Shown one piece after another: positions 52,533 through 64,000 of a DNA stretch of 64,000 nucleotides. Each line of letters opens with the position of its first letter. Position 1 is the first letter of the stretch. A model generated the notes under the pieces. It was not told the origin of the DNA. It worked only from the letters and a program-made list of their open reading frames with translations, and did no database searches. The stretch covers positions 33,670 through 97,669 of the forward strand of contig JAQGDQ010000776.1 in assembly GCA_030141605.1 (NCBI GenBank), read 5' to 3'. The DNA comes from Tubiluchus corallicola. Taxonomy: Eukaryota; Animalia; Priapulida. The translations under genes and the position numbers were made by a program.

Positions 52533-53288
52533 TCTATTATATTAATATTCTTGGTATATTTATATATATATATAAGATTCGAGGCTACAGCCCGGACGAT
52601 GGCACCATTTGTGGCGATCTATACATCAAACGAAAGGTCTCGATCTAGTGTCGTCTCATTGGGGGTTTATTTTTCGAATGGGGCCCACCATGAGGAAGGG
52701 GGGGCGAAAAACCTCCAAAAATAGCCATTTTCCGCCTTTTTTTGCAAAAGTTATACGGCTGAGATGTGGAGAACGGGAACGACCCGATGGTGATGCTGGC
52801 TATGGATAGATAGACCGTTCAGCGATGGGTGTAGTAGGCATGTTTAGAATTCCCGAGAGGACCACGGCGTCCCGCAACGGGCATTTTCCCGGACCAAACT
52901 CGCAATTTTTTCGAAATTTTGATCAAACAGCCTGCGGAAAAAACGCTCTAGCGGCGCTTGGTTGGACTCTCGGAAGGAGATATATAGCTCTTTAGAAAGA
53001 GGAAAAACGGGACTACACGTCGGTGTGGGCTATATTATAGGACATGTCCACGAAGAGGAGTACTGACGAGTTAATTTGATGTTCTATTTTCGGCAATTTT
53101 CGCTTAGAAAACAGACGCAAAGCCATTGTAGTGACGTCATCCATTATGCTTTGTCTATAGCCTTATAACTTTAATTCAGTAAAAGTTGCTACTGGCTTTG
53201 CGTTATAAGTGAGGACTGAGTAGGATGTTCGCGTATTATTGATTATAAGTGTATTTATACGCAAATTTTTTTGCGGGGCCTTTGCTAG
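52533..53288 (+). mobile_element. Non-autonomous Helitron, full-length copy
   Basis: 5' TCTATTATATTAATATTCTTGG and 3' cgcaaattttttttgcg hairpin followed by gggcctttgCTAG|T. Confidence 0.8.
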
Positions 53289-54450
53289 TGAGTATTAAAA
53301 TGTGTAACATTCTAGTAACACTTGTTACAGTTGTTTGTCTTCACAGCAGGTAGGTAACCTTGTAACCCACTGCTTACGTAAAGCTTAAAAAGTTCGTCTT
53401 GAATTTTTCTAAGCAGTTACATACAACCTTTTTTCATACTGAACTTGCATCGGCAGTAACAACATATAAAACATGTAGATTGAGACTTTAAAGATGACCG
53501 TTAGACGCATAAATTTTGATGACAAGTCATTTGAAGCAAGTTTTGATAACGTTGAGTAAAGTTTGAAAAATAATCAGCGCATTCGTTGCAGACACGTTAA
53601 TAACTAAGTGAAATTTTAAATTGCTGTATCTTGTGAATAAGATTAAAATACGTTTTCTGGTTAGTGCGTGGCACCCCCTGGAGAGTGAGTCAGCGACATT
53701 TTACCAATTGTACGAACATTTTAAATTATCATTTCCTGCCTTTCCTGCAGGTAAGCGAAATGCCAACTAATATAGATTTGCACAGAACGTTTTTGGAAAA
53801 TAGTTTAACATTTCCATTTCTTCCCCTGATTTATGTTTGTGTAATGACGTCATGTAATTGCGTCGTCGGAACAATATAGTGGGAATTTAAAAAGAAAACG
53901 TACAAAAGTTCCTTTCAACGCGAGTACGATATACACATTAAATTGCTACAAAGTAGTAAAATTTTTAAGGCGATTTTTCTGACACCTCCTTCAGTTGCCC
54001 CTTTTCTTGTCCGTTAAGTTAATTGTTTCCCCTGGTTGTTGTGATCTTTGCCTGAATGTAACATATAAGATACTACTTTCAAGAACTTAATATACATATA
54101 CAACAAAGTAGATGCTAACCCTTTAGAAACCCTGCAGGGGGACAACATAACAAGTGAATTTTTAAAATGAAAATTTATTAAGTAAAGCTCTAGTTAAAGC
54201 GACGTGAAAGGGTTAAAAGAATAATAAAATATAAATTTTTGCTCACGCAGACATATGTATATATACATATATGTATAAATCAGGCAAAATTATCCTGGCA
54301 AAAGTCATTGTTTTTATATATTTGTAAGTAAATAAAGTAGTTATTTGCTACTAAAATTGCGTCTCTCTCTTACAAGACGATCTTGTTTTGAGAAGATGTT
54401 TTGTGATATTCTGGTGCCTTTTTAGTATTCACTGAGTTTTTGTGCTTTTT
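53289..54450. repeat. Second copy of 31721-32930 (LRR gene upstream region) without the LRR coding exons
   Basis: Colinear similarity including CAG|GTAAGC at 53750. The similarity stops near 54450 and is followed by MITE X. Confidence 0.8.
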
Positions 54451-54499
54451 GTGTAAAGTACTGTATCACTTCAATAATCTGATTATTTATTAATAATTC

Positions 54500-54895
54500 C
54501 AACAAACCTTCTCACAGTTTCGTTGTGCGCACGCACAGTTGCTTCAGGTCAAAGGTTAAGTGTACCGCAGTGACACGTTTTAAAAACAACGGTTACATGA
54601 CATGTGGGTAAAGCAAGAACCCGTGTGCCTCAACAGTCCAGTAACTTCAGTTGTTTTATGTTGACTTTGCTTAACTATGCATTAGTCTGTGCGTAGAGTG
54701 ATTTACTAGCAGGATCTTGCTTGAGAACAAGAAAAAATAAATTTGGCAAGGTTCTAGCTAGTTGTTAAAACTGTTAGTGCTAAAATAGCTGGGCTGCGAG
54801 GCGTTGTGAAGTGTACACAAATGCGTTTCCTGATACACTTAACCTCTGACCTTTCACGATCATCATCAATCTCTATAACTGTGAAAATGCTTATT
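54500..54895 (+). mobile_element. MITE family X copy at the left edge of the SLC1 B/D duplication
   Basis: aacaaaccttctcacagtttcg ... aactgtgaaaatgcttatt, equivalent in position to 38500-38927. Confidence 0.7.
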
Positions 54896-55033
54896 TTTGT
54901 TTTTCAAAACACAACTAAAACGTCCGGTCAACGAATGTATCAACTCTAGACAGTGTATTATACAGAAGATGCTTGATTCGAATCAATTGATCTCACAAAA
55001 TTTGCTTTAGCAAAAAATCAGCTTAATGTCAGT

Positions 55034-58000
55034 TCATAAGACACTGGGCTGGCGCACAAAATCAGTATTTAACGATGAGAAACGCTCTACGTTTGCATCA
55101 GAAATATCTTCTCCTGAAATGTATTTCACAACGTTTACGGGAATCTCTTCAGTGACTTGTTCATATAATGGAAGCTCGGGAATAGGAGTAGCATCTTCCG
55201 TGCAAAGATGATTACGGATCAGATGCTCCACGATCCCAGCACCTACTGCATCACCCCAAACATTCACGACAGTGCAAAGTCTGTCCCTAAAATATAATTC
55301 CTCATTTCAGATTTACTGGACTTTTAACCATGATAAAGTTAGTGATAACAACGATCATGATAATAATAATGATAATAAAAACAACAATGGCAACAACATC
55401 TGAAGAACTCAGCACTTTTCACAATAGAAGTAAAAGCGGTAAAAAACATACAACCAATCATAATGAAGAAATGGCAGCTGCAATCACATTGTGGCCAATG
55501 GTGTTAATTCCAAAGATTTTCTTTATTACTTCAGTATAAAGTCATACCAGTCATACCAATTACTTCATTGTATGATTATACCAATCACACCAATTACTTC
55601 AGTATATAATCATACCAATTACTTAAGTATATGATCATACCAATCATAAAAATTACTTCAGTATTTGATCATGCAAATTAGTATAAAGTCATACCAGTCA
55701 TACCAATTACTTAATTGTATGATTATACCAAATACTACAGTATATGATCATACCAATCATACAAATTACTTCAGTTTATGGCCATGCCAATCATACTAAT
55801 TACTTCAGTTTATGATCATACCAATTATTTCAGTATATGATCATGCCAAACTCACCAATTACTTCAGTATATGATCATACCAATCATACCAAATACTTCA
55901 GTATATGATCATCCCAATCAAAACAATTACTTCAGTATATGATCATACCAATTATTTCAATATATGATCATGCCAATCTTACCAATTACTTCAGCATATG
56001 ATCATACCAATCATAAAAATAACTTCAGAATATAGTCACACCAATTATACCAATTACTTCAGTATATGATCATACCAATCATAAAAATAACTTCAGAATA
56101 TAGTCACACCAATTATACCAATTACTTCAGTATATGATCATACCAATCATACCAAATACTACAGTATATGATCATGCCAAACTTACCAATTACTTCAGTA
56201 TATGATCATACAAATTATTTCAGTATATAATCATGCCAATCATACCAAATACTACAGTATATGATCATGCCAAACTTACCAATTACTTCAGTATATGATC
56301 ATACCAATTATTTCAGTATATGATCATGCCAATCATACCAATTACTTCAGTATATGATCATACCAATTATTTCAGTACATGATCATGCCAATCATACTAA
56401 TTACTACAGTATATGATCATACCAGTTACTTCAGTATATGATAATACCAATCATACCAAATGCTACAGTATATGATCATGCCAAACTTACCAATTACTTC
56501 AGTATATGATCATGCAAATTACTTCAGTATTTGATCATGCAAATTAGTATAAAGTCATACCAGTCATACCAATTACTTAATTGTATGATTATACCAAATA
56601 CTACAGTATATGATCATACCAATCATACTAATTACTTCAGTTTATGGCCATGCCAATCATACCAATTACTTCAGTATAATATCATACCAATCACAGCAAA
56701 TACTTCAGTATATGATCATGCCAATCATACTAATTACTACAGTATATGATCATACCAATTATTTCAGTATATGATCATGCCAAACTCACCAATTACTTCA
56801 GTATATGATCATACCAATCATACCAAATACTTCAGTATATGATCATCCCAATCAAAACAATTACTTCAGTATATGATCATACCAATTATTTCAATATATG
56901 ATCATGCCAATCTTACCAATTACTTCAGCATATGATCATACCAATCATAAAAATAACTTCAGAATATAGTCACACCAATTATACCAATTACTTCAGTATA
57001 TGATCATACCAATCATAAAAATAACTTCAGAATATAGTCACACCAATTATACCAATTACTTCAGTATATGATCATACCAATCATACCAAATACTACAGTA
57101 TATGATCATGCCAATCATACTAATTACTACAGTATATGATCATACCAATTATTTCAGTATATGATCATGCCAAACTCACCAATTACTTCAGTATATGATC
57201 ATACCAATCATACCAAATACTTCAGTATATGATCATCCCAATCAGAACAATTACTTCAGTATATTATCATACCAATTATTTCAATATATGATCATGCCAA
57301 TCTTACCAATTACTTCAGCATATGATCATACCAATCACAAAAATAACTTCAGAATATAGTCACACCAATTATACCAATTACTTCAGTATATGATCATACC
57401 AATCATAAAAATAACTTCAGAATATAGTCACACCAATTATACCAAATACTTCAGTATATGATCATACCAATCATACCAAATACTACAGTATATGATCATG
57501 CCAAACTTACCAATTACTTCAGTATATGATCATACCAATTATTTCAGTATATGATCATGCCAATCATACCAAATACTACAGTATATGATCATGCCAAACT
57601 TACCAATTACTTCAGTATATGATCATACCAATTATTTCAGTATATGATCATGCCAATCATACCAATTACTTCAGTATATGATCATACTAATCATACCAAT
57701 TACTTCAGTATATGTTCATACCGACTACTTTAGTATATGATCATACCAATTATTTCAGTATACGACCATGCCAATCATACCAATTACTTCAGTATATGAT
57801 CATACCAATCATAATAATTACTTCAGTTTATAGTCTTACCAATCATACCAATCATACCGATTACTTCAGAATATGATCATGCCAATCATACTAATTACTT
57901 CAGCTTATGATCATACCAATCATACCAATGACTTTACTGTGCTAGCCTTTATAGCAGAACATTTCGTAGCTATTACTATAAGTTCCTACTATAAAAAGTA

Positions 58001-58790
58001 ACAGTAACTCAATAGATTAGTGGAACGCTTTATTCCATACTCTAAAATTGTAAGAATAAAATAATATCTACTTGGCAACGACAAAGATTTATTGAAACTG
58101 CTAAGACTTTTTCATATCTTAACGTACAAAATTAAAGTAGCAAAACGTTTTTATGCTAATCTTGTAGGCCTAATCGCATTATGAAATAAGAAAAATAATA
58201 ATAAATAGATAAATAACTTCTAAAACTTTCCAAGCAGATTCTCACATACTTACACAAGCCAATCTATAGAGAAGATCAAAGATATGTCTGTCACAGGCAG
58301 CTCCACTGCTACAAGAACCATGTACATGGTAACTAAGCCTGCTTCTGGTATACCGGATGTACCGATGCTAGCAGCTGTTGCTGTTATGCTGAAACATGAT
58401 TACGCTGAAACGTTTATTGTTTAAATTAAAACAAACAGTACAATAAAGTATATGTCTGTATAATTCTGAGATACCTTGGTATTTTAAGTAGAATAGATAG
58501 ATAGATGGATGGATGGATGGATGGATGGATGGATGGATGGATGGATGGATGGATGGATGGATGGATGGATGGAGGGACGGACGGACGGACGGACGGATGG
58601 ATAGATAGATAGACAGACAGATAGATAGAAAGATAGATAGATAAATAGACTGACAGATAGACAGACAAGCACACAGATAGAAAGAGAGAGAAAGAGCAAG
58701 AGAAAGAGACAGACAAAGAGAAAAGGACAGAGAGAATGAGAGACACAGAGACAGAGCCGAATAGAGGTAGGAGAGAGGGAAAGAAGAGAA

Positions 58791-58849
<59 letters not shown>

Positions 58850-61800
58850 TTATGTATTACCCTAAAGCAATTATCCTTTCAGCATCCAGTTCCACTCCAT
58901 TAACTTGTGCAATGAATATTACTGCCACAGTTTCGTACAAAGCAGCACCGTCCATGTTTATAGTAGCTCCTATAGGTGATACAAATCTTGCTACCCTTGT
59001 ATCAATGTTGCACTTTTCTTCTAGGTTTGATATCGTTATAGGCAGAGTAGCTGAGCTATACAAAAAGTTACAACAGTTCAGAAAATTACTGAATGTGAAA
59101 AAGCCAAAAGCGTTGTTAGTAGATCTATTCAGAATTGGGTGGATATCACTTTCTTAATTATCTGCATCAGCAAATCTGCGATTTTTGTGAAATTTGAAAA
59201 TCAGCACGAGCGACAACATCTGCGACAATGTTGATAAAAACCTGACTTGCCATGTACAGCCTGACGTCTTTCTCATCTTTTGAGAGACTGAGCGAGAATG
59301 ACGTGCAAGGTACAGAAAGCGTCTTTGGTTACCGATGTTTGCTTGCCGATTTCTTGTGACCTTGTGTCTGTACGTGATTTGTCTTGCGCAACGAAAAACG
59401 GTGGTTCTTCAAATTTAATGGCGCTTCATAATCAAATAAATTGAACATTCGTAATGAGAGTAGGACTTTACGATGTAAAAACTCTGATGTTAAAAACTTA
59501 TATGAAGCTTATATTATATGAATATAATAAAACTTATATTAATCAGCAATAAATCACCAGTCAATCTCTGCCAGAGAATTTTGTTCGTAAATCCACCATG
59601 ACAACTCACACAATACCGCCGGATGCTATGCCACAGTAATACATCATTATAACACTTATCACACATTAATCCGTAATGACCAAGAAGAAGTCTCTATGTC
59701 TGTACGAGCTGTTATACCTTAGACATAGAAAAAACAACATTAACTCTATGGTTTAAAGCATTACCTTGAAGCAGTACCAAGTGCTGTGAGTAAAGCCTGT
59801 GTCATTCCTAGGAGATGTTGATATGGATTTTTTCGTGTAAATATAAAATACAATGTTGGCAGTAGTACAAATGCGTGAATCCCTAGACCAAATGCACATG
59901 TAAGCAAATACATGCCAATACGACCAAATATCCTGTGATGGTCGTCCCTTTCAGCAATTTCGTCAGCTATCAAAGAGCAGATTCCAATTGGAGAGAACCT
60001 AAATAAATGTCAAAATAGGAATGCACTGATGCACTGATGCAGAGGTTTAACCAAAAATTTCATTAACTATAAATTAATAACATCTGCCTTTCAGCTTTCA
60101 GCAAAGTAAAAAAAATGTCATTAAAATAAAATGCGCGTCGTTAGGTGGAAAAAAATGTGTCAAATGTTCGGCGTCATTAAAATGAAAAGTCGCTAAATGG
60201 GGAGTTGTTAAGCAAGTACATACTGTACATCATAGTAAATAAACCACTGGTCTGAAAAAATGAAGTTCAATATACGTAGAAAAAATGTCATATCAAGAGA
60301 GGCTTAGAAAATGCTCACTTACAAACTTAGAATGGAGTAGATATAGAGGAGACTTGATGTAAACGTTTTGGGGGTGCAGAATAGATAAAATCGATTTATA
60401 TTGTTTTCAATGCACCTGTGGATGCATTATTCTTTTCCTGCAGATATTTCTTATTAATTTTTTCTACGGGTTATTCTGCAGGCTGATCTGCAATGTGGAA
60501 AACGCATCCGCATCTGCAAGTTACATAAACACCATTTAACACAGCATAAAAGAATAAAAAATGTTTGCCCTGATTAATGAAAACAGAACCAGGGAGCATT
60601 CTCATTCCAAAATCTGTAAACGTAGAGCCAGATTGGACTGCAGAAAAAATTTTCACGGAATGCCTAACTTCACAAGCAGGAACAATATTGCACAAAGCCT
60701 TTGATATGGTAACGGCCAGTGACCATGTTAGTTAGTTTATGCTTGCCAGTGGGAAGTTAGTTGTTTCTGGACATTGCAAAAAACACTAGTACAAAAATGT
60801 GGAATTCAAGGATGGTTTTTAAACAAAACTCTTCCTGAAGGTTTATTCGAACAACATTTCTACTGATTTAGCAACTATTTCATCTTGTGATATTTTTAAT
60901 GCAAACGCCAGATAATAAAATCAGAAAAGAATGCTTTTATTAAACAAACAAAACGTTTCGTGAGATGCTCCTCACGTTGTCAATTGTAAACAGATGTAAG
61001 TCAAAATCTTCAACAATTGTTATGATCATAAGGAAAAAACCATTAGCTGTGATGTGATTGCAGCTATCATCCACGACCAGCCCAGGAGGAAGAGGATATT
61101 CTACGAAAGTTGTTTGCAGCTATAGCCCTCCATCTTGCTCTTATAGCAACAAATTACTTTCATAAAATATTCCTCTCCCATCAGTATATGATCGTACCAA
61201 CTATTGAAGACTTTGACTTACAGTTGTTTAAAATTGACAATGCGCAGAACACCCCTCTAAATGTTTTGTTTGCTTAATGAAAGTATTCAATTTTATCAGT
61301 GATGCCGTCTTTTATAACAGAAACTCTTTCTGTCTTTTGTAATAAAAGTACTCCAATAACGAAAATTGATACTATAATCAACATCACAACTGACCACTTT
61401 AGATACCACAAAAGTGTGACATTCTAACGCAGAAGCCATTGCGAATCTTTTAAAACTTCACACATGTATAACTCAAGCCAACACTTACCACATGCAAATG
61501 TGAACAAGTTTGACAACAGCCAGGTTGAATGCACCCCAGAAATGTCGGAGAGGCAATCCGCTTATTCCAAGCATGCCGGTCGTGATCCCAAAACATATGC
61601 TGTAAATGGCGATGCCCAAAACGTTTACTCCAGGGTCTGTTTCAGTGTGAAAATCCCAAGTGTAATGGTCGTCAGGGTTGCCACCTATGTAATAAGTCAT
61701 TTAATGATCCCATAGTTATTGGCAATAAGCCTTTTTAGAGTTTCGTTGTACGCACATGCAGTTGCTGTAGGTCAAAGGTTACGTGTACTACAGCATCGCC

Positions 61801-63048
61801 TCTTAACTACAACCGTCATTTGATGTGTGTGTAAAAAGCTGTCTGCCGAACCAGTTCAGTAACTTCAACTGTTTTACGCTTTCTTTACTTCATTATGCAT
61901 TAATCTCTGCATAAAGTAATTTACTGGCATTATCTGACCTTGGAACAACAAAAAGATTAACTTGGTGAGGTTCTTGCTAGCTGTTAAAAGTGTTACTAAT
62001 ACAATAGCTTGGGCTGCGAGGTGTTGTCAAGCGTAAACAAACGCATTGTCTGTTACACTTAACCTTTAACCTTTTAACGATCATCATCAATCGCTGGAAC
62101 TGTGAAAAGACTTATTGTGTCATGGATATAATTGAATTCGCAATTCAAGTACTTAGTTAACTATGTTAAGCTAGCCTGGCCTCAACGTTATACACAATAC
62201 GAATTTTTACCTGTGTATCTCAGAACCTTTCCTGTGGTATTTGCAAGCTCACCTTCAAATGTCGTTTCTTTTAGCTTTGGCTTGGTGATTTTTGTATACT
62301 CCTGTGTGTACAAGATACAAGAAATACTAGGTTACTCCATCTTTTGTCACTCACAGCCATTTTAGTTGTCTGTGATAATAACGATAATTATAATAATGTT
62401 GGCAATAATACACATTACATGACGTTATTCACGTCTGAATATACCTAAAGGGACAAACACACAATCCTCCAATCTAGGCAACAACTGTGACATTCAAAAC
62501 CAGACTAGACTTTGATAAGAAAATTCAGATGATGTTGTTCATGCTGTTTAAGAGTTACTGCTGCAACGTTTACTGTATGCCTCTATGGACAAATTACAGT
62601 GATGGTGTGATAAATAGACTGTGTATTCCATTATAACAAAACTGTTTTGCTTAAAGCGGGCCTACGATTGTAGTGCTTCTGGCATGTGTGTAAACCTATC
62701 GCTACCACATTTTAGTGATATTCGCAGAAGATCATGTTATAGCGTTCGATCGAAATAGGTTACTTCTGTACACTGACAATAGTATTATAATTGCTATCAT
62801 TAACTCACTTGTCAAATCTTGCTCTTTTGTGATAAGGAATGAATTATTACATAATTACCCTCTAAAATTTCTTAAGCTTTTCTTTTACCAACCCTGTATA
62901 TATATTTACTCTTGTAATTTTTACTTCATTTTAGTATTGTCATTGTATTTTATATGGTCTTAGCTGCCGAAATAAAAATTTGAATTGAATTTAATTGTAC
63001 ATGCACGATAATATTGACAACATTACTATTATCGTGTGTGTGTGGTGT

Positions 63049-63139
<91 letters not shown>

Positions 63140-63774
63140 CTGTGCTCGTCTTTAGTTAAACTGGCAGGGCATTAGACCTTAAAAATAACTAAATAAATAA
63201 AAGTACTATTGGTATTTAGAAATTATAAGTTTACTTTTTCTACACAAGCAGCAACAAGGTTTTCAGGAAACATGCTTCTTATCAAATCAAGGAAAGCGTC
63301 AATAGCGGTCGATGGTCTAGCTTCCTTTTTTGCAATGTCAGTATCCGTTTCTTTGTGGTATCCTGGCCTGATTGCATACGACACAGCAATGCCAAGTAAC
63401 ACAGCCATCATAGTGGTAGATAGCAAGTATACTAAAAACGTCCATCCCATGCGTCCAGAGAGTTTAACATCTAAAGCAGCTAGGCAAGATATTAAGCTAG
63501 ATACCATCAGTGGCAGCATCAGCGCTTTGAGCATGCGCAGAAAAATCTCGCCTGGAAAGCTGAGGTACATCAACTGCCTTCTTGTTAAACCTTTTCCACG
63601 CAAACCATCTCCAAGAGCAATGCCAAACACGACTGAAAACACTATTAGTGTCAGTAAAATATTTTCACGTACTGAAAAAAATTGCAGCAGCTTCTGCCTT
63701 ACAAAATATCCTCTTGTTCGACTTTGTGGCAAACTTTCAGCATTTGTATTCGTCAGTTTAGTTAATTGATGCAT
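55034..63774 (-). CDS. SLC1-family Na+-coupled amino acid transporter, copy D, complete 7 exons, near-identical to copy B
   Basis: Exons 63774-63235, 62301-62211, 61684-61489, 59998-59765, 59055-58861, 58388-58254 and 55286-55034, with the same lengths and phases as B. Visible residue differences from B: C>W (exon 3), V>A (exon 4), F>C and D>E (exon 7). Confidence 0.9.
55525..57930. repeat. 2.4-kb minisatellite (core cataccaattacttcagtatatgat, 25/34-bp units) in intron 6 of SLC1 copy D
   Basis: Dozens of units with higher-order blocks, for example the agaatatagtcacacc pair recurring at ~56030, 56960 and 57350. Confidence 0.95.
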
Positions 63775-64000
63775 TTCAACTCATTTTCAGACGACTAATC
63801 ACATTTGAGTCAAGTGTAAATCACGTATTCAAAAGTAATTAAAACGTTCCAGTTCACATTTACTGACACACAATATAAGTAGATACAGTACATACACGTA
63901 CACAATAGAATTGTATGACTTGACTTTGCATTCTTTATTAGCTCTGTAGGTTTTTAGACCCAATAATTCCGTGTTTCCATTTCAGAGTTTCTATTTCACA

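Noticed and set aside
51512-52648. Long V/W/C/G-rich and H/T/P-rich ORFs
   Set aside because: Stop-poor translations of a GT-rich minisatellite, open in several frames on both strands.

Overview
AT-rich, intron-containing genomic DNA from an invertebrate animal, with a small assembly gap ('nn') at 45742-45743. From left to right: (1) the five 3' coding exons of a PERK/EIF2AK3 eIF2-alpha kinase gene (+). (2) A decayed full-length Ty3/gypsy Mag-clade LTR retrotransposon with ~80-bp LTRs. (3) A repeat-rich zone with a mucin-like (TTPA)n exon and Arg-rich exons carrying FxSxR-GKK motifs (-). (4) Two paralogous C2H2 zinc-finger loci (-) separated by a LINE that is split by three related LTR-like elements. 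(5) A cluster of SLC1 (EAAT/ASCT family) transporter sequences on the - strand: two near-identical complete 7-exon genes (39066-45511 and 55034-63774), an orphan first exon (30377-30919) and an orphan pair of last exons (46883-49309). (6) A secreted, probably GPI-anchored LRR gene (+) inside that cluster. Non-autonomous Helitrons, MITEs, a Tc1/IS630 relic, LINE fragments and many satellites fill the spaces. Most notable: the SLC1 proteins combine ASCT-type neutral-substrate residues (DRLCT, NMDGA) with the EAAT-type YE ion-coupling pair and an unusual Glu in HP2. All gene models were read by eye from splice signals and phase; no database searches were run.
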